Shown one piece after another: positions 8,392 to 17,891 of a DNA stretch of 32,000 nucleotides. Position 1 is the stretch's first letter, and every line of letters begins with the position of its first letter. The DNA comes from Longivirga aurantiaca (GTDB lineage: Bacteria; Actinomycetota; Actinomycetes; S36-B12; CAIYMF01): the NCBI RefSeq assembly GCF_042660085.1, contig NZ_JBHSTI010000008.1:1050001-1082000 (forward strand). The letters are read 5' to 3'. The translations under genes and the position numbers were made by a program. Below the pieces are notes generated by a model that was not told where the DNA came from, did no database searches, and saw only the letters and a program-made list of their open reading frames with translations.

Positions 8392-11262
8392 ATGACGGAG
8401 ACGACGGGCGCCAAGGCGTCGAAGAAGGCAGCAACCCCCAGGGTCGCGGGCCTCACCATCGACCGGATCTACACGACGCCGGGCGTGCACCCGTACGACG
8501 AGGTCACCTGGGAGCACCGCGACGTGGTGCAGACCAACTGGAAGACCGGCGAGACCGTCTTCGAGCAGCGCGCGGTGGAGTTCCCCGACTTCTGGTCGGT
8601 CAACGCCTCCACGATCGTCACCACGAAGTACTTCCGCGGCGCGGTCGGCACCGACCAGCGCGAGCGGAGCCTGCGCCAGCTCATCGACCGCGTCGTGCTC
8701 ACCTACACCAAGGCGGGCAAGGACTACGGCTACTTCCTCACCGAGGAGGACGCCACCGTCTTCGAGCACGAGCTCACCTGGATGCTGCTGCACCAGGTCT
8801 TCAGCTTCAACAGCCCGGTGTGGTTCAACGTCGGTACGACGAGCCCGCAGCAGGTCAGCGCCTGCTTCATCCTGAGCGTCGACGACACGATGGACTCGAT
8901 CCTCAACTGGTACCGCGAGGAGGGCCTGATCTTCAAGGGCGGCTCCGGCGCCGGCCTCAACCTCTCCCGCATCCGCTCGAGCAAGGAGCTGCTGCACTCC
9001 GGCGGCACCGCGAGCGGCCCGGTCTCCTTCATGCGCGGCGCCGACGCCAGCGCCGGCACCATCAAGAGCGGCGGCGCCACGCGTCGTGCGGCCAAGATGG
9101 TCGTGCTCGACGTGGACCACCCCGACATCGAGGAGTTCATCGAGACCAAGGCGAGCGAGGAGCGCAAGATCCGCGTGCTCCGCGACGCCGGCTTCGACAT
9201 GGACCTCGGCGGCAAGGACATCACCTCCGTCCAGTACCAGAACGCCAACAACTCGGTCCGCGTGACCGACGAGTTCATGCGCGCGGTCGAGGAGGGCACC
9301 GAGTTCGGCCTGCGTGCCCGCTCCACCGGCGAGATCATCGAGACCGTCGACGCGAAGTCGCTGTTCGAGAAGATCTGCAAGGCCGCGTGGGAGTGCGCCG
9401 ACCCGGGCATCCAGTACGACGGCACCATCAACGACTGGCACACCAACCCCGAGACGGGCCGCATCACCGCGAGCAACCCATGCTCGGAGTACATGAGCCT
9501 CGACAACAGCTCGTGCAACCTCGCGAGCCTCAACCTGCTGAAGTTCCTCAAGGACGACGACACCTTCGACGCCGTCACCTTCGGCAAGGCCGTCGACCTC
9601 ATCATCACGGCGATGGACATCTCGATCTGCTTCGCGGACTTCCCGACCGAGCCGATCGGCGACACCACCCGCAAGTACCGCCAGCTCGGCATCGGCTTCG
9701 CCAACCTCGGCGCGCTGCTCATGGCGACCGGCCTGCCCTACGACAGCGACGGCGGCCGCGCGCTCGCCGGCGCGATCACGAGCCTCATGACGGGCCGCGC
9801 CTACAAGCGCTCCGCCGAGCTCGCGGGCATCGTCGGCGCGTACGAGGGCTACGCCCGCAACGCCGACGCCCACAAGCGCGTCATGCGCAAGCACGCCGCG
9901 GCCACCGACGGCGTCCGCAACGTGACGAGCCTGGACGCCGACGTCCTCAAGATCGCGCAGAAGGCGTGGGAGGACGGCATCAAGATCGGCGAGAAGAACG
10001 GCTGGCGCAACGCGCAGGCCTCGGTGCTCGCGCCCACCGGCACCATCGGCTTCATGATGGACTGCGACACCACCGGCATCGAGCCCGACTTCTCGCTGGT
10101 GAAGTTCAAGAAGCTCGTCGGCGGCGGCTCGATGCAGATCGTCAACCAGACGATCCCGCGGGCGCTGCGCAAGCTCGGCTACACCGAGGAGACGGTCGAG
10201 GCGATCGTCGAGTACATCGCCGACAAGGGCCACGTCGTCGACGCGCCCGGCCTCAAGACCGAGCACTACCCGGTGTTCGACTGCGCGATGGGCGAGCGCT
10301 CGATCACGCCCATGGGCCACGTGCGGATGATGGCGGCCTGCCAGCCGTTCCTCTCGGGCGCGATCTCCAAGACGGTGAACATGCCGGAGGAGGCCACGGT
10401 CGAGGAGATCGAGGAGGTCTACTTCCAGAGCTGGAAGATGGGCATCAAGGCCCTCGCGATCTACCGCGACAACTGCAAGGTCGGCCAGCCGCTCTCGGAC
10501 GGCAAGTCGACCAAGGCCGACAACGGCGTGGCCGCCTCGGCCGCTCCTGCGACGGTCGTCGAGTACCGCCCCGTCCGCAAGCGGCTCCCCAAGAAGCGCC
10601 CGTCCTCGACGGTCTCCTTCTCGGTCGGCGGTGCCGAGGGCTACATGACCGCCGGCTCCTACCCGGACGACGGCCTGGGCGAGGTCTTCCTCAAGCTCGG
10701 CAAGCAGGGCTCGACGCTCGCCGGCGTGATGGACGCCTTCTCGATCGCGATCTCGATCGCGCTGCAGTACGGCGTGCCGCTCGAGGCCTACGTCTCGAAG
10801 TTCGTCAACATGCGCTTCGAGCCGGCCGGTCTCACCGACGACCCCGACATCCGCATGGCGCAGTCGATGATGGACTACATCTTCCGCCGCCTCGCGCTGG
10901 ACTACCTGCCCTACGAGAAGCGCTCGGCCCTCGGCATCTTCACAGCCGACGAGCGTGCCGAGCAGGTCGCCGGCTCGTACAACACCCCGGCCCCGGCCGC
11001 CGAGATCGCCGCGGCCGTGACCGAGGAGCTCGAGACCCTCGCGCAGTCGGCGCCGACCTCGGCCCCGTCGGTGTCGTCGGACGACGCCGCTCTCGGTGCG
11101 ATCGCAGCACCGAAGGAGGCCCACTCCTCGGCCGAGCTGCTCGAGGTCATCACCGGCAAGGCCTCGGACGCGCCGCTCTGCATGACCTGCGGAATCAAGA
11201 TGCGCCCGGCCGGCAGCTGCTACGTCTGCGAGGGCTGCGGCTCGACCAGCGGCTGCAGCTGA
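8392..11262 (+). CDS. nrdJ: Vitamin B12 (adenosylcobalamin)-dependent ribonucleoside-diphosphate reductase
   Basis: GGAGG upstream of ATG; GGSGAGLNLSRIRSSKELLHSGG; NPCSEYMSLDNSSCNLASLNLLKF; APTGTIGFMMDCDTTGIEPD; C-terminal CMTCGIKMRPAGSCYVCEGCGSTSGCS. An in-frame ATG at 8311 is an alternative start. Confidence 0.96.
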   Translation: MTETTGAKASKKAATPRVAGLTIDRIYTTPGVHPYDEVTWEHRDVVQTNWKTGETVFEQRAVEFPDFWSVNASTIVTTKYFRGAVGTDQRERSLRQLIDRVVLTYTKAGKDYGYFLTEEDATVFEHELTWMLLHQVFSFNSPVWFNVGTTSPQQVSACFILSVDDTMDSILNWYREEGLIFKGGSGAGLNLSRIRSSKELLHSGGTASGPVSFMRGADASAGTIKSGGATRRAAKMVVLDVDHPDIEEFIETKASEERKIRVLRDAGFDMDLGGKDITSVQYQNANNSVRVTDEFMRAVEEGTEFGLRARSTGEIIETVDAKSLFEKICKAAWECADPGIQYDGTINDWHTNPETGRITASNPCSEYMSLDNSSCNLASLNLLKFLKDDDTFDAVTFGKAVDLIITAMDISICFADFPTEPIGDTTRKYRQLGIGFANLGALLMATGLPYDSDGGRALAGAITSLMTGRAYKRSAELAGIVGAYEGYARNADAHKRVMRKHAAATDGVRNVTSLDADVLKIAQKAWEDGIKIGEKNGWRNAQASVLAPTGTIGFMMDCDTTGIEPDFSLVKFKKLVGGGSMQIVNQTIPRALRKLGYTEETVEAIVEYIADKGHVVDAPGLKTEHYPVFDCAMGERSITPMGHVRMMAACQPFLSGAISKTVNMPEEATVEEIEEVYFQSWKMGIKALAIYRDNCKVGQPLSDGKSTKADNGVAASAAPATVVEYRPVRKRLPKKRPSSTVSFSVGGAEGYMTAGSYPDDGLGEVFLKLGKQGSTLAGVMDAFSIAISIALQYGVPLEAYVSKFVNMRFEPAGLTDDPDIRMAQSMMDYIFRRLALDYLPYEKRSALGIFTADERAEQVAGSYNTPAPAAEIAAAVTEELETLAQSAPTSAPSVSSDDAALGAIAAPKEAHSSAELLEVITGKASDAPLCMTCGIKMRPAGSCYVCEGCGSTSGCS

Positions 11263-11370
11263 TGTCGTCGGTCATTCGATGTCCCGCTCACGCGGGCGCT
11301 GAATGACCACCCTCCGGTCAGCAATGTCCCGGAAACGGTCAATGTGACATTGCGACCATCAGGTCGGTAA

Positions 11371-11401
11371 GTGGGAGGCCTCCGCGAAGGAGGCCTCCCA
11401 C
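11371..11401 (+). terminator. Factor-independent terminator candidate after nrdJ
   Basis: gtgggaggcctcc-gcgaa-ggaggcctcccac, perfect 13-bp stem, followed by ttgctttcg. Confidence 0.75.
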
Positions 11402-11489
11402 TTGCTTTCGTGGCTGTCAGACGGCGCGGGGATGATCACTGGGAGCGGATCCTGGATAGCCTGGCCGCGACGGTGACAAGGGGGTCGAG

Positions 11490-14400
11490 GTGGACGACGG
11501 GACGCTTCCGGGCGCTTCGCAGGCAGAGGCGATTCTTCGGACCCGTCTGGAGGACATCACGCCTGGAGCCCGTATCGATGGAGTGACCGGGAGGGGCTCC
11601 GTCGAGGTCGTGTCGATCCGCTGGCACGGCTCGAACTTCATCACGCTGACCTACCGCGACGACCATGGTGCGACGAACCAGCAGGTCCTCGGCCGCGACC
11701 ATGAACCCGGCCTCCGGCTGGCGTCCTCGGGACCCAGTCACGCCTTCGACGGAGATGCCGACTCGTGGAGGTTGGCCGCGGAAGCTCTCCGCATCCGGTA
11801 CGCCGCTTTGTTCGACCCCATGCTGGCTGTCGTCACGAGCGACCTGGAGCCGCTGCCGCACCAGCTTCGGGCTGTCTACGGCGAGCTGCTCCCGAGGACG
11901 CCCCTTCGGTTCCTGCTCGCTGACGACCCCGGAGCAGGCAAGACGATCATGGCCGGGCTCTACATCAAGGAACTGATCCTCCGAGGGGATCTCGCTCGCT
12001 GCTTGATCGTGGCGCCGGGGTCGCTCGTTGAGCAGTGGCAGGACGAGCTGTACGAGAAGTTCGGCCTGCGCTTCGAGCTCCTCACCCGGTCGCTCATCGA
12101 CGAGGCCGTCGAGCGCAGCCCGTTCGATCAGCACCCCCTGCTGATCGCACGGATGGACCAGCTCTCCCGGAGCGACGACCTCGTCGCCCAGCTGGAACGC
12201 AGCGACTGGGACCTTGTCGTCGTCGATGAGGCGCACCGCATGTCGGCGCACTACTTCGGCCAGGAACTGAAGACGACCAAGCGATACCAGCTCGGGCTCG
12301 TGCTCGGTCGGGTCACCCGCCACCTGCTGCTGATGACCGCCACCCCGCACGCCGGCAAGCAGGAGGACTTCCAGCTCTTCCTCGCGCTGCTCGACGGAGA
12401 TCGGTTCGAGGGCCGCTTCCGCGACGGCGTCCACACGGTGGAGCCGGGCGACCTCATGCGCCGCATGGTCAAGGAGGAGCTCCTCACCATGGACGGCAAG
12501 CCGCTGTTCCCTGAGCGCCGCGCTTACACCGTCCCGTATGACCTCTCCGACTCCGAGAAGGACCTGTACGAAGCCGTCACCCAGTACGTGCGCGAGGAGA
12601 TGAACCGAGCGGAACGCCTCAAGGCCGAAGGTGAGGGTCGCCGCGGCAACCAGGTCGGCTTCGCACTCACGGTTCTGCAGCGCCGCCTTGCCTCGAGCCC
12701 CGAGGCGATCTTGCGCAGCCTCGAGCGCCGCAAGGCACGTCTCGAGGGCCGCCGACGCGAGATGGACGCGGCCGCCGCGCACGCCGAGGAGATCTCGCTG
12801 CGGCAACGCCTCGACGAGATCCTGGGCAGGGGCACCGACGAAGATCTAGAAGCCCGCCTCGATGACCTCCCGGGTGAGGAGCTCGAGGAGCTGGAGGAGA
12901 ACGTCGTCGACGCCGCGACGGCCGCCCGCACGGTCGCCGAGCTCGATGTTGAGATCGCCATGCTCGACGACCTTGTCGAGTTGGCTCGCCGAGTCCGCTG
13001 GTCCGGCACGGACAAGAAGTGGTCGGAGCTGCGCACCATCCTCACGGACTCAGACTTGACCGTCGACGAGTCCGGGAACCTGCGCAAGATCATCATCTTC
13101 ACCGAGCATCGCGACACACTGAACTACCTGGTCGACCAGATCCGCAGCCTGGTGGGGCGCGAGGAGGCTGTCCTCGCGATTCACGGAGGGATCCGCCGCG
13201 AAGAACGCCGCAAGGTTCAAGAGCTCTTCACGCAGGACAAGGACACCCTCGTCCTGGTGGCGACCGACGCGGCTGGCGAGGGACTGAACCTTCAGCGAGC
13301 GCACCTGATGGTCAACTATGACCTGCCGTGGAACCCCAACCGAATCGAGCAGCGCTTCGGCCGCATCCACCGCATCGGACAGACCGAGGTGTGCCACCTC
13401 TGGAACCTCTTGGCGGCCAACACACGTGAGGGCGAAGTGTTCCTCCGCCTCCTGGAGAAGATCGAGGAGCAGCGCCAGGCCTACCAGGGGCGCGTGTTCG
13501 ATGTCCTAGGCGACGCTTTCGAGGATCGGCCGTTGCGCCAGCTGCTCATCGACGCGATCCGCTACGGCGACCAGCCGGAGGTCCGAGAGCGCCTCAACAT
13601 GGTGATCGACGAGACAGTGAGCAAGGGCCTGGACGAGCTCATCGCCGAACGTGCGCTCTATCGCGAGGTGTTGGCCGAGGCGGACATCGAGGAGCTTCGA
13701 CGTCGCGTCGAGGAGGCGCAGGCCAGGCGCCTGCAGCCCCACTACGTCCAGGCCTTCTTCCTCGCCGCGTTCACGCGATTGGGAGGACGAATCACCGCCC
13801 GCGAGACCGGGCGCTACGAGATCACGCACGTGCCGGCTGACATCCGTGATCGGGATCGGCAGATTGGCGTAGGCGCTCCTGTCCTCAACCGGTACGAGCG
13901 TGTTGCTTTCGACAAGCCCTACGTCCGGCTGGGCCACGCCCCCCGCGCGGACCTCATCGCACCCGGACACCCCCTTGTCGACGCCGTCGTCGACCTCACC
14001 ATCGAACGCAACAACAACGCTCTCAAGCAAGGCGCTGTGCTTGTCGATCGTGACGACCCGGCTGAGTCGCCGCGTCTGCTCGTGGCCATGACGCAGGAGA
14101 TCTCGGATGGCCATGTGCCGGCGCGGGTGGTGTCCAAGCAGTTTCAGTTCGTCGAGATCGCGCCCGACGGAGATGCACGATCCGCTGGTCCTGCTCCGTA
14201 CCTCGACTACGAGGAGCTTCGCGAGGAAGAGAGGCCGGCGGTCGCGGCGGCACTGGCCGACGCATGGCTCGCTGCGGGCGTCGAGGACGTCGCGGTGTCG
14301 TGGGCGATCGAACACGCACTCCCCGAGCACCAACGCGATGTAGAGGCTCGCGTCCTGCCACTGGTCGCACGCACCCGCGACCATGTGCGTCACCGACTGA

Positions 14401-15059
14401 CGAGCGAGATCAACTACTGGGACACCCGCCACGCCGAGCTCCTCGACCAAGAGGCGGCCGGCCGCCAGCTTCGAATCCGGCCTGAGACCGCCTATCGTCG
14501 CGCGCGCGACCTTGAGGGGCGCTTGTCGCGTCGTCTGGTTGACCTAGATGCCGATGGGCACTTGGCCGTGGCCCCTCCGTACGTTGTAGGTGGTGCGCTC
14601 GTCTTGCCCCAGGGCTTGATCGATCGTGCGCTCGGCCGTCGATCCGCCCCCGAAGCCACCTACGCCAGAGACACCGCTGTGATCGAACGTCGGGCGGTCG
14701 ACGCCGTTCTCGCCGCTGAACGAACGCTGGGGCGACGTCCCGAGGAGATGGCACACAACCACCCAGGGTGGGACATCCGGTCTCAGGCGGCTGACGGCAG
14801 TGTGGTGAAGATCGAGGTCAAAGGCCGCATCGCTGGCGCGGATGATTTCACCATCACGATGAACGAAGTGCTCACCGCCAAGAACCTCGGCGACGACTAC
14901 CGCCTGGCCCTCGTCGAAGTGAGTCCTGACGGCCCCATCCATGACCGCCTGAGATACCTGACCCGTCCCTTCGAAACGACCGGTACCGACGATTTCAGTG
15001 TCAAGCGCTACGTGATGAACTGGGACGCCCGATGGTCGACGGGAACCGCACCACACTGA
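11490..15059 (+). CDS. SNF2/DEAD-like helicase with C-terminal DUF3883-like domain (Hma/DrmD-type defence helicase)
   Basis: LLADDPGAGKTIMAGLYIKEL, VVVDEAHRMS, TATPHAGKQEDFQLFLALLDGDRFEG, ATDAAGEGLNLQRAHLMVNYDLPWNPNRIEQRFGRIHRIGQTEVCHLWNL; C-terminal NHPGWDIRSQAADGSVVKIEVKGR...LTAKNLGDDYRLALVEV. Confidence 0.92.
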   Translation: MDDGTLPGASQAEAILRTRLEDITPGARIDGVTGRGSVEVVSIRWHGSNFITLTYRDDHGATNQQVLGRDHEPGLRLASSGPSHAFDGDADSWRLAAEALRIRYAALFDPMLAVVTSDLEPLPHQLRAVYGELLPRTPLRFLLADDPGAGKTIMAGLYIKELILRGDLARCLIVAPGSLVEQWQDELYEKFGLRFELLTRSLIDEAVERSPFDQHPLLIARMDQLSRSDDLVAQLERSDWDLVVVDEAHRMSAHYFGQELKTTKRYQLGLVLGRVTRHLLLMTATPHAGKQEDFQLFLALLDGDRFEGRFRDGVHTVEPGDLMRRMVKEELLTMDGKPLFPERRAYTVPYDLSDSEKDLYEAVTQYVREEMNRAERLKAEGEGRRGNQVGFALTVLQRRLASSPEAILRSLERRKARLEGRRREMDAAAAHAEEISLRQRLDEILGRGTDEDLEARLDDLPGEELEELEENVVDAATAARTVAELDVEIAMLDDLVELARRVRWSGTDKKWSELRTILTDSDLTVDESGNLRKIIIFTEHRDTLNYLVDQIRSLVGREEAVLAIHGGIRREERRKVQELFTQDKDTLVLVATDAAGEGLNLQRAHLMVNYDLPWNPNRIEQRFGRIHRIGQTEVCHLWNLLAANTREGEVFLRLLEKIEEQRQAYQGRVFDVLGDAFEDRPLRQLLIDAIRYGDQPEVRERLNMVIDETVSKGLDELIAERALYREVLAEADIEELRRRVEEAQARRLQPHYVQAFFLAAFTRLGGRITARETGRYEITHVPADIRDRDRQIGVGAPVLNRYERVAFDKPYVRLGHAPRADLIAPGHPLVDAVVDLTIERNNNALKQGAVLVDRDDPAESPRLLVAMTQEISDGHVPARVVSKQFQFVEIAPDGDARSAGPAPYLDYEELREEERPAVAAALADAWLAAGVEDVAVSWAIEHALPEHQRDVEARVLPLVARTRDHVRHRLTSEINYWDTRHAELLDQEAAGRQLRIRPETAYRRARDLEGRLSRRLVDLDADGHLAVAPPYVVGGALVLPQGLIDRALGRRSAPEATYARDTAVIERRAVDAVLAAERTLGRRPEEMAHNHPGWDIRSQAADGSVVKIEVKGRIAGADDFTITMNEVLTAKNLGDDYRLALVEVSPDGPIHDRLRYLTRPFETTGTDDFSVKRYVMNWDARWSTGTAPH

Positions 15060-15075
15060 TGCAGAGAGAAGTCAC

Positions 15076-17880
15076 GTGAGCACCGTCAAGCGCAAGCTGA
15101 TCGAGGTCGCCCTGCCGCTGGAGGCCATCAACCGCGAGTCCGCGCGCGAGAAGTCCATCCGTCACGGTCACCCTTCCACCCTTCATCTCTGGTGGGCCCG
15201 ACGACCGCTTGCCGCTGCGCGGGCCGTACTATTCGCGCAACTCGTTGATGACCCCTCTGCGCGGCCGGCTGAGTTCCCCACAGACGAAGCTCAGGCCGTG
15301 GAGCGCAAACGCCTCTTCGGCATCATCGAGAGACTTGTTGACTGGGACAACATCAACGACGAATCGCTGTTCCGAGAGGCACGTCAGGAAATCCTCAGGT
15401 CAACTGGCGGTCGTCCGCCGACGATCCTTGACCCCTTCGCCGGCGGAGGTTCCATTCCCCTGGAAGCTCAGCGACTTGGCTTGGAGGCGCATGCCTCGGA
15501 TCTCAATCCAGTCGCGGTGCTGATCAACCGAGCGCTTATCGAGATCCCGCCGTTGTGGTCGGGTGTGCCCCCAGTCTTCCCTGGGGCGTCCGACTCCCGC
15601 ATGGGCGCGTGGACTGGCACTACCGGTCTCGCGGAGGATGTCCGGCGGTACGGCCAATGGATGCGCGACGAAGCGGAACGCCGGATCGGGCACCTGTACC
15701 CGAAGGCGAAACTCGGCGACGGCACTGAGGCGAATGTCATCGCCTGGATTTGGGCACGGACGATCACCTGCCCGAACCCTGCCTGCGGCATCGAGATGCC
15801 GCTGGCGCGGTCCTGGTGGCTGGGTAAGAAGAAGGGCAAGGAAGCCTTCGTCGTACCCGAGGTCGTGACGAAGAGCGATGGAACGCGCCGCGTCGAGTTC
15901 GCTATTGGCCATGACGTGCATGCTGGCCCCTCGGGCGCTGCCGATGGGACGGTGACGCGCACCGGTGCCGTCTGCGTGGCATGCGGCACCGGCGTGCCAC
16001 TCTCATACGTGCGCGACGAAGGCAAGTCTGGTCGAATCGGCACTCGACTCATGGCCATAGTTGCCGAGGGTGATCGTCGTCGCCTGTATCTCCCACCTAC
16101 GCCCGAGCAGGAATCGGCAGCGGACGTGGCCGTACCTGCGGATGTACCTGAAACGGACTTGCCCGATGCTGCCTTGGGGTTTCGCGTTCAGGGCTACGGG
16201 ATGCGACGCCACGTGGATCTGTTCACAGCGCGTCAGCTCACAGCGATGACGACTTTCAGCGACTTGATCGGCGAGGCCCGCGAGCGTGTGCTTGCTGACG
16301 CCACCGCACACGGCATGACACAAGATGATCGGAGCCTTGAGGTCGGCGGAACGGGTTCGGCCGCCTACGCCGACAGTGTTGCTGTGTACCTGGCATTGGT
16401 CCTTGGGAAGGTAGCCGATATTGGCAACGCACTTGTGAGCTGGAAGCCGAGCATGGATCAGGCGATTCATCTCTTCACCCGCCAAGCCATCCCGATGTTG
16501 TGGGACTTCTCCGAGACCCCGGTCCTCAGTGATCGACATGCCGGCGGATACACAGTGTCGTTGGGGAACGTCGCGAAGGCGATTCCTAACGTGCCGCCCG
16601 GGTCGCATCGCGGGCATGTCACCCAAGCAGATGCCGCGAAGCGTTCGTACGAATCGGTTCTAGTCGCTACCGACCCGCCCTACTACGACAACGTGGGGTA
16701 CGCGGACCTCTCCGACTTCTTCTATGTTTGGCTCCGGCGTTCCCTGCTCGGGATTCTTCCCACCACCCTTGCCACAATGCTGACTCCGAAGGCGGACGAG
16801 CTTGTGGCTGAACCCTTTCGGCATGGTGGTGCTGCCTCTGCAGAGCGCTTCTTCGAGGAGGGGTTCCGGGACGTCTTCGCTCATATTCGCAAGGACACGC
16901 CCAACGACCTCCCAATCACAGTGTTCTACGCGTTCAAGCAGTCGGACACGGATGTTGAGGGCGTCGCTAGCACGGGATGGCAGACGCTGCTCGAGGGAAT
17001 GCTCAGTTCCGGTTGGGAGGTCACTGCGACATGGCCGGTGCGAACGGAACTGGGTAACCGAATGCGGAGTATTGATTCCAATGCGTTGGCGTCCTCCATT
17101 GTTCTGGCATGTCGGCCGAGGTCGGCTTCCGCTGAGGCGGTTACACGACGTGCCTTCATCGCCAGGCTGAAGGAGGAACTCCCTGCTTCGTTGCGCGTGC
17201 TCCAGCAGGGCAGCGTGGCACCGGTGGATCTGGCGCAGGCTGCCATCGGGCCCGGCATGGCTGTGTTCTCGCGGTACACCAAGGTCGTTGAAGCGGATGG
17301 CTCCGACATGTCCGTCCGCACGGCACTTGCCCTGATCAACCAGGTTCTCGACGAAGTGCTGACGGAGCAGGAAGGTGACTTCGATGCCGACACCCGATTC
17401 TGCGTGAAGTGGTTCACCCAGTTCGGGTGGAATGAGGGCACCTCGGGCGAGGCGGATGTTCTCGCTCGCGCCACGAACACGTCCGTCGAGGGACTTGCCC
17501 GAGGCGGCGTCTTCAAGGCTGTTGCGGGGAAGGCACGGCTGTTGGGCCCAACCGACCTGGCTGAGGACTGGGACCCGATGGCGGATGATCGGGTCAGCGA
17601 TTGGGAGGTTGCGATTCGGCTGGCTAAGGCGCTTAGCGAGCAGGGTATGGAACGGGCGGCCGCACTTATGGCAACTGCTGGTGCGCGACGTGATCTGGAT
17701 ACGGTCAAGGAGCTCGCCTACCTGCTCTTCAGCCTGTCGGAGAAGAAGGGCTGGACGCAGACAGCCGTCCTGTTCAACGGCCTCGGAACCGCCTGGAACG
17801 ACGTGGAGAATGCCGCGCGAACCGCTGCCGGCCGGCAGGTTGTGGCCCAAGATGAGTTGACGTTTGACGACGAGAACTGA
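15076..17880 (+). CDS. DUF1156-type DNA methylase (DPPY motif)
   Basis: KLIEVALPLEAINRESAREKSIRHGHPSTLHLWWARRPLAAARAVLFAQLVDDP; motif I-like ILDPFAGGGSIPLEAQRLGLEAHASDLNPVAV; motif IV DPPYYDNVGYADLSDFFYVWLRR; Cys clusters CPNPACG and CVACGTG. Confidence 0.93.
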   Translation: MSTVKRKLIEVALPLEAINRESAREKSIRHGHPSTLHLWWARRPLAAARAVLFAQLVDDPSARPAEFPTDEAQAVERKRLFGIIERLVDWDNINDESLFREARQEILRSTGGRPPTILDPFAGGGSIPLEAQRLGLEAHASDLNPVAVLINRALIEIPPLWSGVPPVFPGASDSRMGAWTGTTGLAEDVRRYGQWMRDEAERRIGHLYPKAKLGDGTEANVIAWIWARTITCPNPACGIEMPLARSWWLGKKKGKEAFVVPEVVTKSDGTRRVEFAIGHDVHAGPSGAADGTVTRTGAVCVACGTGVPLSYVRDEGKSGRIGTRLMAIVAEGDRRRLYLPPTPEQESAADVAVPADVPETDLPDAALGFRVQGYGMRRHVDLFTARQLTAMTTFSDLIGEARERVLADATAHGMTQDDRSLEVGGTGSAAYADSVAVYLALVLGKVADIGNALVSWKPSMDQAIHLFTRQAIPMLWDFSETPVLSDRHAGGYTVSLGNVAKAIPNVPPGSHRGHVTQADAAKRSYESVLVATDPPYYDNVGYADLSDFFYVWLRRSLLGILPTTLATMLTPKADELVAEPFRHGGAASAERFFEEGFRDVFAHIRKDTPNDLPITVFYAFKQSDTDVEGVASTGWQTLLEGMLSSGWEVTATWPVRTELGNRMRSIDSNALASSIVLACRPRSASAEAVTRRAFIARLKEELPASLRVLQQGSVAPVDLAQAAIGPGMAVFSRYTKVVEADGSDMSVRTALALINQVLDEVLTEQEGDFDADTRFCVKWFTQFGWNEGTSGEADVLARATNTSVEGLARGGVFKAVAGKARLLGPTDLAEDWDPMADDRVSDWEVAIRLAKALSEQGMERAAALMATAGARRDLDTVKELAYLLFSLSEKKGWTQTAVLFNGLGTAWNDVENAARTAAGRQVVAQDELTFDDEN

Positions 17881-17891
17881 CGGGACAGACC

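Noticed and set aside
3600-11306. Very long antisense/alternate-frame ORFs (3600-4988 -, 4259-7177 5' part, 4922-7174 -, 8377-11124 -, 8820-11306 +)
   Set aside because: Arg/Ala/Gly-rich low-complexity translations lying over confidently identified genes; expected shadow ORFs in high-GC DNA.
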